From Acidobacteriota bacterium (GTDB taxonomy: Bacteria > Acidobacteriota > UBA6911 > RPQK01 > JAJDTT01), in the NCBI GenBank assembly GCA_965209055.1, contig OZ242374.1:2240001-2304000 (forward strand): 64,000 nt of DNA, written 5' to 3'. Below the pieces are notes generated by a model that did no database searches, was not told the DNA's origin, and was given only the letters and a program-made list of their open reading frames with translations. Both the position numbers and the translations under genes were made by a program. Shown here piece by piece: positions 20,416-29,810 of the stretch; positions within the stretch are counted from its first letter, which is position 1, and every line of letters begins with the position of its first letter.

Positions 20416-20482
20416 ATTCAATGCCATCGACACCGTTGCCGTCCCCGCCGGCTCCCGGCGTCCCTTCCTCAGGACAGTGTCC

Positions 20483-20817
20483 TCAATAAAGCCGGCGCTG
20501 TCCGTTTCTGCGCTCGGCCCGTTCCCGGTAGTGGGCGGCCACCAACTGGTGGCGGCAACCCTTGCAAGTCGGCTCGATGACCCGTGTGTCGCGTCCGCAA
20601 CGGACGCAGGACCGGAAGTCCATCCAGCGCAGTAGGGTCTCGGTGACCTTCCCGCAACGCCCGCAGTGCTGGAGCCCGCGCACGGCCCGCAAAGCCCGGC
20701 ATTCGGCACAGGTTCGCTCGAAGCTCAAAGTGTCTTTCTCCTGGCCGGGATGGGTTCGCACTTGTCGCCACAGCGGGGACAGGCGCGCCGATTGCCTTGA
20801 TCCCTGTCAATGACCAT
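20483..20817 (-). pseudogene. Multi-CxxC zinc-ribbon protein split across two frames
   Basis: Frame A (20817-20725) has CPRC; frame B (20761-20483) has CAEC, CGRC, CVRC, CKGC. Confidence 0.45.
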
Positions 20818-20840
20818 TGAAACTCGAACGCAGGGAGAAG

Positions 20841-20925
20841 TGCGAAAGGGGGGACTCGAACCCCCACGGGGAGTAACCCCACCAGATCCTAAATCTGGCG
20901 CGTCTGCCAATTCCGCCACTTTCGC
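20841..20925 (-). tRNA. tRNA-Leu(TAG), CCA not encoded
   Basis: GCGAAAG acceptor stem, CCAGA-TTTAGGA-TCTGG anticodon arm, long variable arm, GGTTCGAGTCC T-arm. Confidence 0.96.
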
Positions 20926-20937
20926 TTTGTCGGGAAC

Positions 20938-20943
20938 ATTCTA
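20938..20943 (-). promoter_or_regulatory. Sigma70 -10 (TAGAAT) for tRNA-Leu
   Basis: TAGAAT 12 nt upstream of mature 5' end. Confidence 0.55.
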
Positions 20944-20995
20944 ACGCAAGCGTACGATCCGCAGAGGTCGTGCCGGCTGCCGGCGGAACACCGTG

Positions 20996-21004
20996 TGGTA
21001 TTCT
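20996..21004 (+). promoter_or_regulatory. Extended -10 (TGgTATTCT) for tRNA-Pro
   Basis: TGn-TATTCT 17 nt upstream of tRNA. Confidence 0.5.
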
Positions 21005-21021
21005 CCAATTCTCGGTCGTGG

Positions 21022-21098
21022 CGGGGCATGGCGCAGTCTGGTAGCGCGCCTGCTTTGGGAGCAGGAAGTCGGGGGTTCAAATCCCTCTGCCCCGACCA
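21022..21098 (+). tRNA. tRNA-Pro(TGG)
   Basis: CGGGGCA acceptor stem, CCTGC-TTTGGGA-GCAGG anticodon arm, GGTTCAAATCC, 3' CCA. Confidence 0.97.
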
Positions 21099-21194
21099 TT
21101 TTCCCGGGGTCGGCCCCATTTCCCGGAGTTGTGCGGCCAACTGCCCGACGCTGGCCGCGCCTTTCGCAGTTGGCATCGTCGTAAATAGAATCCC

Positions 21195-22673
21195 GTGAGA
21201 CCTGCCTGGTTCCCCTGCTGCCTGACTCTTCTCGCCCTCTCGGCGCCGCCGGCGATCCTTGCCGTTGGGACGGGGACCCGTGAGCCAGCAGAAGAGTCCC
21301 GCCTCGTCCATGTCGGTCAACGGGTCGGAGGCTGGGGCCGCATGGGGTCCCTCTTTCTCCACGACAATCGCGTGGTTGCCCGGTCACAGGGCCTCCGGCG
21401 TGTCATGGGAACGGTCAGGAAGCATCCCGGCAACCCGATCCTGGTGGCCGATCGGCCCTGGGAGGCCGGTTTTGTCGGGTACGCCTGCGTGATCTACGAC
21501 GGCGAGGACAAGCTGTACAAGATGTGGTACGAATCCCGCCTCAACCCGGGGCAGCTCCGAGGGCCCAACCTGGAACAGGGGCGCTGCCTCTATGCCACCT
21601 CCAGCGATGGACTGGTCTGGGAGAAGCCAATCCTCGGGATCGTCGAAACCGACGGTTCCCGGGAGAACAACATCGTCTTCGCCGGGCCGGACGGGGCCCG
21701 CAACAAGGTCTACTGGGTGGTCAAGGATCGAGCCGACCCGGATCCGGCCAGACGCTACAAGATGATGTTTCATCTCTGGGACTTCCGGGGCCGCGGGGTG
21801 GGCATCGCCTTCTCGGCGGACGGCCTGCACTGGAAGACCGACGCCCGAGTGAACCTCCACGGGGGATTCGACACCCACAACATCTTTTTCTGGGATGACC
21901 GGGTGGGACAATACGTGGGCTACTTCAGAACCCGGATGCTGGGACGGCGCTTCATCGCCCGCGCCACCAGCCCCGATGCCTTTCACTGGTCCAATCCGGT
22001 GAGCGTACATGGTCCCGACGAGGCCGATCCCCGCGACTTCGACCTCTATACGCCCGGCGTTTTCAAGTACAGCCGCGCCGCGGACACCTATGTGCTCTAC
22101 ACAGCGGCCTTCGATCGGGCCACCGATCGGCTCTTCGGTCAGCTTGCCGTCAGCCGCGACGGTATCGACTGGCAGCGGTTTCGGGTTCCTTTCCTACCCC
22201 TGGGTTCGGATGGGGAGTGGGACGCCGGCTCAATTTATCCCGTACCCTCCCAGGTCTCCGTCGGAGAGGAGACGGCCGTCTACTACCGGGGCGACCATGT
22301 GGGTCACGGTACCGGAGGCCGGCCCGGCATCGGTGTGGCGTTTCTGGATCGGGGAGGATTCGTCGCTTGGGAGGCCGAGACCCGGGGGACTCTCATCACC
22401 CATCCGCTGGCGGTCGGGGGATCACGGGAGACCCTCTACCTGAACGGGGATGCTTCCGGAGGATCGATCCGCGCCGAGTTGCTGGATACGGACGGGGAAG
22501 TCATTCCTGGCTTTTCCCGGCAGGAGAGCCTTCCCATCAGCAGAAGTGGTCCGCGGCTGTTGGTCCGTTGGAAGGGAAAACCGGATCTGGTCGACGCTGT
22601 GCTGCGACCTTTTCGCCTCAAACTGTATCTGGAGCGGGCGCGAGTCTACGGCATCGGTTGTGCCCGGCACTGA
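21195..22673 (+). CDS. Secreted five-bladed beta-propeller glycosidase-like protein with C-terminal beta-sandwich
   Basis: Signal peptide; YKMWY, repeated S-DG--W Asp-box-like motifs, WEKP-LG. Confidence 0.7.
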   Translation: MRPAWFPCCLTLLALSAPPAILAVGTGTREPAEESRLVHVGQRVGGWGRMGSLFLHDNRVVARSQGLRRVMGTVRKHPGNPILVADRPWEAGFVGYACVIYDGEDKLYKMWYESRLNPGQLRGPNLEQGRCLYATSSDGLVWEKPILGIVETDGSRENNIVFAGPDGARNKVYWVVKDRADPDPARRYKMMFHLWDFRGRGVGIAFSADGLHWKTDARVNLHGGFDTHNIFFWDDRVGQYVGYFRTRMLGRRFIARATSPDAFHWSNPVSVHGPDEADPRDFDLYTPGVFKYSRAADTYVLYTAAFDRATDRLFGQLAVSRDGIDWQRFRVPFLPLGSDGEWDAGSIYPVPSQVSVGEETAVYYRGDHVGHGTGGRPGIGVAFLDRGGFVAWEAETRGTLITHPLAVGGSRETLYLNGDASGGSIRAELLDTDGEVIPGFSRQESLPISRSGPRLLVRWKGKPDLVDAVLRPFRLKLYLERARVYGIGCARH

Positions 22674-22759
22674 CCTGTCGAGAATGCAGGCTGGCCGAAA
22701 CTAAAGGACGGGAGACGATTGAGGGAGGCTTTCGGCAACAGGACTTGGGGGAGGGAGGC

Positions 22760-23554
22760 TTGAAAGTCGATCTTAAGAATCAAGTGGCGTTGGTCACCGG
22801 CGGGGCACAAGGCATCGGGAAGTCGATCTCCAGGCTTCTGGCGGCCAACGGCGCTCAGGTGGCCATCGTGGATCTCGATCTCGATACGGCCGAAAAAACA
22901 GCGGCTGGGATCAGGGAGTCCGGAAGCGCTGCGTTCGCCATAGAGGGAGATGTGAGCCGTTCCGAGCAAATGAAGCGGGCCGTCGACCGGGTGGAGGAGA
23001 AGTGGGGCAAGCTCTCGATTCTGATCAACAACGCCGGAATCAACACCCTTGGCGGACGTGTGCCCATTCACGAGTTCCGGGAGGAAGACTGGAGCCGGAT
23101 CCTGGAGGTGGATCTGACCGGCGTCTACGTCGTCAGCAAGGCTGCGATCCCCGCCCTGCTCCGTAACCGCGGGGGACGTGTCGTCAACATTTCATCCGTT
23201 GCCGGCCTGGTGCCGTTGCGGTTGCAGAGCGCTTTCGTCGCGGCCAAGGCCGGCGTGGTCAATCTGACCCGGTCCATGGCATTGGAACTGGGCCCGCACG
23301 GCATTCTGGTCAACGCGGTGGCGCCCGGTTCCACACTGACCCGGGGGACGAAGAAGCTCTTCTACGGCGCCGATGGCGTCTACACGGAGAACGCCGCGAG
23401 CCTGCTGGCCCATATTCCTCTGGGACGCCCGGCTGAGACGCTGGAAGTGGCCTGGCCGGTGCTCTTTCTGGTTTCGCCGGAGGCGAGCTATGTCAATGGA
23501 GCGGTCCTGACGGTCGATGGTGGATGGACCGCCGGATATACTCGAGACTGGTAG
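22760..23554 (+). CDS. SDR family oxidoreductase
   Basis: TGGAQGIG, NNAG, VNISS, F-x-x-x-K, VNAVAPG; TTG start after GGAGG. Confidence 0.93.
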   Translation: MKVDLKNQVALVTGGAQGIGKSISRLLAANGAQVAIVDLDLDTAEKTAAGIRESGSAAFAIEGDVSRSEQMKRAVDRVEEKWGKLSILINNAGINTLGGRVPIHEFREEDWSRILEVDLTGVYVVSKAAIPALLRNRGGRVVNISSVAGLVPLRLQSAFVAAKAGVVNLTRSMALELGPHGILVNAVAPGSTLTRGTKKLFYGADGVYTENAASLLAHIPLGRPAETLEVAWPVLFLVSPEASYVNGAVLTVDGGWTAGYTRDW

Positions 23555-23582
23555 CCGGGCAAAAGATACGGAGAGATAGCAA

Positions 23583-23999
23583 ATGGCCAAGATCACCGAG
23601 TTCCGGGGATATGAAGGGGAGCCGCCGATTCCGAAACCGGACGAATTGGTGGAGCCCAACATCGTCACCGTGCAGGACGGCGTTCCCGTCAAGTACCCGG
23701 GTTGCGAGGGAATCGGTGTCCGCGTGGTGCATCCCTCCAATCCCAGGGCCCCGGCGGAGAACATGGGAATGGTCATGTTCTTCGTGCCACCCCACGTGGT
23801 CCTGGGAGTGGGCAGCCACCACACCGAGGAGTGCTACGTCATCCTGAAGGGGCAGGGGACCATGACGTTGGCGGGGAAACAGGTCCCGGTGAGTGCGGGG
23901 ACCTTCATTCATCTGCCGCCCTGGTGCGAACACGGCGTCGAGAATACGGGGGACGAGACCATGGAGATTCTCATCTGCACCTCTCCTCCCAATCCCTGA
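23583..23999 (+). CDS. Cupin domain protein
   Basis: SHHTEECYVILKG, P---EHGVENTG. Confidence 0.88.
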   Translation: MAKITEFRGYEGEPPIPKPDELVEPNIVTVQDGVPVKYPGCEGIGVRVVHPSNPRAPAENMGMVMFFVPPHVVLGVGSHHTEECYVILKGQGTMTLAGKQVPVSAGTFIHLPPWCEHGVENTGDETMEILICTSPPNP

Positions 24000-24039
24000 T
24001 CCAAGTACTGGCGTTGAAATTCTCCTGGAGGAAACAGGT

Positions 24040-24450
24040 ATGAAGGTTCTGGAACATGTGGCAATCGTGGCGGACGATCCTGAGAGCTTGGCGGACTGGT
24101 ATTGCCAGACCCTGGGTTTCGAGCTCCTGTCGAAAGGGACCGTCGTTCTCGGCGATACGGAAATCGACTATCACTTTCTGGGTTTGTCCGGTGGAGCTCT
24201 GCTCGAGATCCTCAACTCCAACGGCAAGGCCCGGACCCGGAAAGAGGACGACGACGCCGGGATCAGGCACATTGCATTCCTGGTGGAGGATATGGACGCC
24301 TCTCGCCGCGATCTGCAGGAGAAGGGGATTGCAGTCGAACCGACCCGGGAGCTGCCGAACGGCACCAAGCTGACGTTTTTCCGGGACCCGGAGGACAATA
24401 TCCTCCAGCTCGTCTATCGCACTGCGCCCGTGCGGCCCTGGCTGGCGTGA
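24040..24450 (+). CDS. VOC/glyoxalase family protein
   Basis: EHVAI, RHIAFLV, FRDPEDNILQL; GGAGG RBS. Confidence 0.9.
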   Translation: MKVLEHVAIVADDPESLADWYCQTLGFELLSKGTVVLGDTEIDYHFLGLSGGALLEILNSNGKARTRKEDDDAGIRHIAFLVEDMDASRRDLQEKGIAVEPTRELPNGTKLTFFRDPEDNILQLVYRTAPVRPWLA

Positions 24451-24505
24451 CGAAGCCCGTCAGGGTACGGGAATCCGTTTGCGGGCATTCTCCGGCAGGC
24501 GAATA

Positions 24506-25525
24506 TCAGCGTCCGGTCCAGGAACGGTAGACAGCCAGTCCCACCAGGGCGTTGCAGGTCGTGTTGAGCCGGAGGTCCAGTGACTGGCCCGGTTGTCCGC
24601 CGCCCACGGCGTCGCCCCACCACTGCCCGTCCGGCTGTTGGCTCCGGATCAGATAGGCGGCGATCCGGCGGGCCGCCCGCCGGTAGCGATCCTCGGGAGA
24701 CACCTGGTACAGCTCGGCGAGGCCCCAGAGGAACTTGTGGGATTCCACGCAGTCGTAGATCCCGTCTCTTCCGGTCAGGACGGCGTCCGTGTAGGTCCGC
24801 GCCGCGTCGAGATAGCGGTTTTTCCGGGTCAGCCGATAAAGGCGCACTAACAGCACCTGGACCGGTCCCAGGCGGGCGGGCCGTTGTTTGAACCCGTCGC
24901 GGTCCACGAAGTCCCTGCTGGTCCGTTCCAGGAGCAATTCCTGGGTGCCGTCCGCACGGTGGTTGGCCGCCAGAAAGAGCCCCTCTTGAGGGCGGGGCTG
25001 GAGTTTCAACAGGTTGATGAGAAAGTCACCCGCCCGCCGAGCGGCGGCAACGTGGCGGGTGGAGAGAAGGCCCAGGCCGGCGAACCCCGCGGTCATGGCG
25101 TGCTGAACGCCTTCTCCCTCGCGTAGATCGGCCGCTCTGTCCAGGAAACCGCCACTCTCCCGGTCCTGATACTCGAGAATTTCCTCGGCGAGTGGGAAGG
25201 CGATGTCGTAGCGGCCGCAGATCCCGGCGCCCCAGACCAGCCAGCCCCGGTCGTAGACGTTGGTGAGCCGGGACGCCTCCTGCTCCGGCGGAATCGCAAG
25301 TTGGCCACGGTTTCCCAGGAAACGGGAGGCAACCCAGTCGAGGCAGGAGCACGCCCGGTCGAAGGCGCCGTTGACGGCGAGGCTGCCGGGAACCTTGTAG
25401 TAGAGGGAAGCGTGGCCCGAGTCCTGGATGCTACCCTCATCATCCATCAGGGACCGGAGCCAGCGGCATGCTGAATTCAGGCTCTCGGACAACTCCTGAT
25501 CGGTGGGAACACGGCTCGGTTTCAT
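24506..25525 (-). CDS. Hypothetical (alpha/alpha)-toroid protein with QW-like motifs
   Basis: Helical repeats, YQDRESGGF and SQQPDGQW motifs; GGAGG RBS before MKPSRV. Confidence 0.65.
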   Translation of the reverse strand: MKPSRVPTDQELSESLNSACRWLRSLMDDEGSIQDSGHASLYYKVPGSLAVNGAFDRACSCLDWVASRFLGNRGQLAIPPEQEASRLTNVYDRGWLVWGAGICGRYDIAFPLAEEILEYQDRESGGFLDRAADLREGEGVQHAMTAGFAGLGLLSTRHVAAARRAGDFLINLLKLQPRPQEGLFLAANHRADGTQELLLERTSRDFVDRDGFKQRPARLGPVQVLLVRLYRLTRKNRYLDAARTYTDAVLTGRDGIYDCVESHKFLWGLAELYQVSPEDRYRRAARRIAAYLIRSQQPDGQWWGDAVGGGQPGQSLDLRLNTTCNALVGLAVYRSWTGR

Positions 25526-25587
25526 GCCTCCCAGGGATTTACTGTATTTGCCTCTCATCACTCGGCAGGGGCAAGGACCGGTACGCT

Positions 25588-27273
25588 TCAGTCCCAGGCC
25601 TTGGGTGCGATGCCTTCGATGTGGGTCTTGACGTCGATCACGGCGGGCCGGTCGGCAGCCAACGCCTGCTCCAGGGCGCCGGCCAGCTCGCTCGGCTTGT
25701 TGACCTGAATCCCGAAGCAGCCCATGGACTCGGCGATCTTGGCGAAGTCGGCGTCGGTGAGTCTCCAGAGCAGATCGGACCCCGGCTGGCGGCCGCCGTA
25801 GATCCTTTCGTTGAGGTCCTTCTCCTGGTTCAGTGAGGCATTGTTGTTGATCAGCGTCACCATGTGGATGCCGTAGCGGAGCGCCGTATCCCATTCCGTC
25901 ATGTGGTACCAGACGCCGCCGTCTCCGGTGAAGCAGATGACGGGCCGGTCTCCGGCGGCGCACTTGGCCCCGATGGCTGCGGGAATCCCCCATCCCAGGG
26001 ATCCGGCGCAACGGATGTAGGATTGATTCGCCGACGTCAGGTCCACCAGGGTGCCGGTCCAGATGCCCGCATGCCCGGTGTCGGACACGAGAATGGCGTC
26101 GTCCGGAAGGAGCCGGGTCAACTCCTTGCACAGCCGTTCCGGCCGCATGGGAAGCAGATCGGAGTTGACCATGGGCGCCACTTCGTCCCGCCACTCCTGG
26201 ACCAGTTGGTGAACGCGGGCGATCCAACCGGCGCGGGACCGGGCCAGCTCCGAGGACTCGACGCCGCTGGAGTGGGTCAGCATCTTGCTCAGTCCGGCCC
26301 GGGCGTCTCCCTGCATGCCGGCCGAGATGGGGAAGGACCGCCCCAGCTCGGCCGGATCGATGTCCAGTTGGACGACCCGGGTTCCGGGCCGGGGGACCCG
26401 CCAGTCGTTGGTCACCTGACCGCCGGTGTGGCTTCCCACGAAGAAGACCAGGTCCGCTTCGGCCAGGGCCCGGTTGGCGCAGGTGCGGGAGTATTGGCCC
26501 GAAACACCGACGGCCAGCGGGTGGTCGAAGGGGAAGGTCTCCTTGGCGTTCAGGGAGGTGATGACGGGCAGTTGAAGCCGCTCCGAGAGTTCCACCAGTT
26601 CCTGGCCCGCCCCGGAGACGGTCACGCCGCCCCCCGCCACCACGATGGGCCGGCTGGCTTTGACCAGCAACTCAATGGCGTCGAGCACGGGCGGCAACTC
26701 CGGCTCGGGTCGAAACGGTGGAATTTGGGCGAAGGGCTCTTCCACCACGACCTCCAGGTCGGCCTCCCCGCTCATCACCTCTCCGCCGAAGATCCCCCAC
26801 AACTCCAGGTTGGTGGGCCGAGGCGTCGCCGTCGTGGCTTCCCGAATGGCTTGGCGAAGAAAGCGGGGAAAATGGTCCACTGCGGTCACGGCCATGCTGT
26901 ACTTGGTCACGGCGGTGAAGGGGGCCGTGTGATCGACTTCCTGATAGGCGTTCCGGTCCTGGCGGATTTGCGGAAGCCGCCCCGTCAGCGCCAGGACCGG
27001 CGAACAGGCCAGATAGGCATCCTGGAGTCCGGCCGCGAGGTTCAGGGCGCCCACCGACTGGGCGCCGCAAACGCCGATCCCCCGGCGCACCCGGGCGTAC
27101 CCGTCGGCCATGTAGGCCGCCGCCTTCTCGCCGTGGGTCATAACTCTGGCGATGCCCATCTGCTCCATTTCGGGCATGGCCTCGGGGATGACCACCGGCA
27201 TGAAGAAGAAGTGAGTGACGCCGTACCCGTGGAGGGTCTCGGCCAGGAAGCGGGCGCCCGTCATCGTTGGCAT
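25588..27273 (-). CDS. Thiamine pyrophosphate-binding enzyme (acetolactate synthase-like superfamily)
   Basis: HGEKAAAYMADGYAR, GDG-x-NN ThDP motif. Confidence 0.93.
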   Translation of the reverse strand: MPTMTGARFLAETLHGYGVTHFFFMPVVIPEAMPEMEQMGIARVMTHGEKAAAYMADGYARVRRGIGVCGAQSVGALNLAAGLQDAYLACSPVLALTGRLPQIRQDRNAYQEVDHTAPFTAVTKYSMAVTAVDHFPRFLRQAIREATTATPRPTNLELWGIFGGEVMSGEADLEVVVEEPFAQIPPFRPEPELPPVLDAIELLVKASRPIVVAGGGVTVSGAGQELVELSERLQLPVITSLNAKETFPFDHPLAVGVSGQYSRTCANRALAEADLVFFVGSHTGGQVTNDWRVPRPGTRVVQLDIDPAELGRSFPISAGMQGDARAGLSKMLTHSSGVESSELARSRAGWIARVHQLVQEWRDEVAPMVNSDLLPMRPERLCKELTRLLPDDAILVSDTGHAGIWTGTLVDLTSANQSYIRCAGSLGWGIPAAIGAKCAAGDRPVICFTGDGGVWYHMTEWDTALRYGIHMVTLINNNASLNQEKDLNERIYGGRQPGSDLLWRLTDADFAKIAESMGCFGIQVNKPSELAGALEQALAADRPAVIDVKTHIEGIAPKAWD

Positions 27274-27436
27274 AGGAAAGCGTCTCCCGGGATGCGCTTT
27301 GCCGATTTCAGCGCTGGGAACGCCTTGATCGGACCTGTTTATGATCCAGTTTTTCCGGGCTCAGTTTACTATGCGCCCATAGGGAAAGTCGCCGCAGCCG
27401 GCGGCCGGCCCGGCATCCAGGCGGTCCGCTCCATCC

Positions 27437-27471
27437 TGAAACGAAAACGGGCAACCACCAGGGTTGCCCGT
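27437..27471 (-). terminator. Intrinsic terminator of DUF6600 copy 1
   Basis: 10-bp stem ACGGGCAACC/GGTTGCCCGT followed by TTTCGTTTC on minus strand. Confidence 0.85.
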
Positions 27472-27496
27472 GTTCGTTTCCATGTTCGACCCGGAA

Positions 27497-29629
27497 TCAC
27501 CGTTGGCGCCTGGATGAACGTCGAGAGCCGGAACTGCGACTGGAAGATCCGGATGATCGGGGCGCGGACCGGACCTGGGAACCGGATGGCCTGCTTCTCG
27601 GCGGCGACGGAGCGCGATATGAGGGAGTCGACCTGGGAGCAGGCCGTGATCGCACCGAGGGACGAGAGCTTGAACGCGACGAGGACCGGACTGACGGACG
27701 CGAGACCGTCCGCTGGGAAGTGGATCTCGACCTGGAGACCGAGGGCCTTGCCTGGTTGCGGGGGGCGCGTCGGGTGACGGACCCACGCGATCCGGGCGCG
27801 GACCGGGAAATACTCCGGCTCGGAGAAGCGGGCCGGGACGATTGCGGAGTCCGGTTCGGAGTGCGGCTGACGCTCGGACCAGACCGTCCGCTCGACCGGG
27901 AATCGGGACGCTGCCGGGAGAAGGTGCCCGTGGGCCCGGTCCGATTGGGACGCGTGACGAACGAAGGCCGGGATGGAGTCCGGCCGCGAGAGCCCTTGGA
28001 AACGTTATCGGGAGCGGCGACCGGAGGTTTTGACAACTGCCGGTTGCTGCGGTTGGTGAAAGACCCTCTGGACCCGGGCGCGGACCGGGAAAGATTCCGG
28101 CTCGGAGCAGTGGTACGGGTCGTTTGCGGCGCCCGCGAAGGAGTGCGGATGACATTGACTGCGGACCGCCCGCTCCGCTGGGAATCGGACCGTTGCCGAA
28201 CAGTCGATGGGGCGGACCTGGATCGATCGGAGCGGGTCACGGCCGATCGCCGGGAGGGGGCACGGACGACCGAGCCTTTGGAACCGCTCCTGGCGACGCC
28301 GGAACGCCGGGAACCGGTACCCACGAGACGATCACGAGTTCTGGAAGCCGACCTCGAGGAGCGGACGCCGCTTCTCGAATAGACGGCATTCGGTCCCCGC
28401 CCGCGTGGACGCCGGAGATCTCTGGGGAGTCCCTCCCGGAATCTGCCCACGATGGCGTTGGACGCAACGACTCGAGTCCTTCCTGGTCCTCTTCCCAGAT
28501 CGCGCCCATGAACGACGGTCAGCCCGTTGGAGCGGTCTCGAGGATTCCAATTCCTGAAGATGTTGTTGTTGACCACGACGGTCGTGTTGCCGCGCCCCCG
28601 GCGGCCCCTTCCGTAGTAGCCTCTCGGCGCCCAACCGACGTAACCGTTTCCCCAGTAGAAGTCGACGTGAGCCGCATGCCAGCGGTTGAATCCGCCGGGC
28701 ACCCAAGCCCACCGGGCCCGGGGCCCGTAATAGATCCAGCGCCCGTAGTGGTAGGGCAGCCAGCCCCAGGGCTCGTAGCTGACCCAGGTCCACCCGCCGG
28801 CGAGGAAACACCACCGTCCATGCCGAAACGGCGTCCATCCCACCGCGACGGCGGGTACCCAGACGTGCCCGTGGGAGCCGTAGCGAGTCCAGTGGCCATG
28901 ACGGTCCAGTGAGTGGACGCCTGGATAGTCGACTCCACCCAGGTATCCGGTGGAACGGCTGCTGACCAGAAGGGCGTCCCTGCGCCCGCTCCAGAGCTCG
29001 AAGTCGTCCAGATCGCGAACCAGCGCCTGGATTCCGACCTGGCGAGCGTCCAGCAGCAATTCCTGTCCGGTCTCGACTCTTTCTTTCCCGTGCCGGCTGT
29101 TGACTTCGGCCCGTCCCTTGTGGACCACCAGGCGCATGGTGCCGTCGGGATTGACCTGGATCCGGTAGAGTCCTTTCTTGCGGATCCTCATCGTGGCCAG
29201 TTCCATGTCCAGATAGACCGAACCGGCATCATTCACCCGGAGGATCAGGTCGCCCTGGTGAATCTTCAGAAGGGTCTTTTTCCGGGACAGCTCCGTGAAA
29301 AAAACATCGGTTTCTCCGGAGATCCGGACGAAGTTGCCCTCCCCCAATTCCACCTCGATCCGCGAATCGGGATGAGCGACGATCCGGTCGCCGCTGACCA
29401 GCGGAAGATTGAGCGTCACCTCGCTCCAGTCCACGTCGCCGGAAGACTCGTAGGCGGCGCGGCCGTCCATGAAGCTGACCCGGGCCGGATGGTCCCGGCC
29501 GGCCGATACCCAGGTGGTGGAAAATCCTATGGTCAGGATCAGGAGCGCGGCCAACGGAACCAGCCGGTCCCCTCGCCACGCCCTCGAGTTTTCGGAAATG
29601 CCTGCCGGGTTGGATGTTGGTTTATTCAT
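27497..29629 (-). CDS. Secreted FecR + DUF6600 protein with long Arg/Ser-rich tail (copy 1)
   Basis: Signal peptide, ARVSF-DG...NLPL--GD FecR-like domain, GW-PF--GRW...EPWGWLPYHYGRW DUF6600 motif, about 300-aa R/S/P low-complexity tail. Confidence 0.9.
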   Translation of the reverse strand: MNKPTSNPAGISENSRAWRGDRLVPLAALLILTIGFSTTWVSAGRDHPARVSFMDGRAAYESSGDVDWSEVTLNLPLVSGDRIVAHPDSRIEVELGEGNFVRISGETDVFFTELSRKKTLLKIHQGDLILRVNDAGSVYLDMELATMRIRKKGLYRIQVNPDGTMRLVVHKGRAEVNSRHGKERVETGQELLLDARQVGIQALVRDLDDFELWSGRRDALLVSSRSTGYLGGVDYPGVHSLDRHGHWTRYGSHGHVWVPAVAVGWTPFRHGRWCFLAGGWTWVSYEPWGWLPYHYGRWIYYGPRARWAWVPGGFNRWHAAHVDFYWGNGYVGWAPRGYYGRGRRGRGNTTVVVNNNIFRNWNPRDRSNGLTVVHGRDLGRGPGRTRVVASNAIVGRFREGLPRDLRRPRGRGPNAVYSRSGVRSSRSASRTRDRLVGTGSRRSGVARSGSKGSVVRAPSRRSAVTRSDRSRSAPSTVRQRSDSQRSGRSAVNVIRTPSRAPQTTRTTAPSRNLSRSAPGSRGSFTNRSNRQLSKPPVAAPDNVSKGSRGRTPSRPSFVTRPNRTGPTGTFSRQRPDSRSSGRSGPSVSRTPNRTPQSSRPASPSRSISRSAPGSRGSVTRRAPRNQARPSVSRSRSTSQRTVSRPSVRSSSRSSSRPSVRSRPAPRSTPSYRAPSPPRSRPSGSQVRSAPRSSGSSSRSSGSRRSSRRQR
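27776..28198 (-). repeat. Internal diverged ~140-bp repeat (offset 282 bp) in DUF6600 copy 1 tail
   Basis: CCGGGCGCGGACCGGGAAA at 27792 and 28074; protein repeat RQRxDSxxSGRS...SRSAPGSRGS. Confidence 0.8.
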
Positions 29630-29646
29630 GATGGCCTCACATCATT

Positions 29647-29674
29647 CAGACGGAGTGCATCGCTGCTCGGTTCA
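29647..29674 (-). promoter_or_regulatory. ECF sigma-type promoter TGAACC-N16-CGTCTG (copy 1)
   Basis: Both boxes and the 16-nt spacing conserved with the paralog promoter while the spacer diverges. Confidence 0.75.
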
Positions 29675-29720
29675 ATTGACCGGTGCACCGTCTTGGCAGC
29701 CAACCTCATCTTGAAATGCC

Positions 29721-29755
29721 TGAAACGAAAACGGGCAACCAAGCAGGTTGCCCGT
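29721..29755 (-). terminator. Intrinsic terminator of DUF6600 copy 2
   Basis: Same stem and tail as 27437-27471, different 5-nt loop. Confidence 0.85.
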
Positions 29756-29810
29756 GTCTATCCATCGTGATGCCCTTGCGCATCTGAGCGCTATGCAAGC
29801 AAGGCTTGAA

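Noticed and set aside
20725-20727. TGA as selenocysteine read-through in the zinc-ribbon ORF
   Set aside because: TGA is not at a Cys-equivalent position and the CxxC motifs continue in a different frame
20841-21098. Prophage or genomic island integrated at the tRNAs
   Set aside because: No integrase, phage genes or duplicated tRNA 3' end seen in the window
24506-25525. Squalene-hopene cyclase
   Set aside because: Too short and no DxDD motif; only QW-like repeats
27437-29755. Repeated ~35-bp palindromic sequence as a possible CRISPR repeat
   Set aside because: Only two copies 2.3 kb apart, each at a gene end with a U-tract; explained as duplicated terminators; no cas genes
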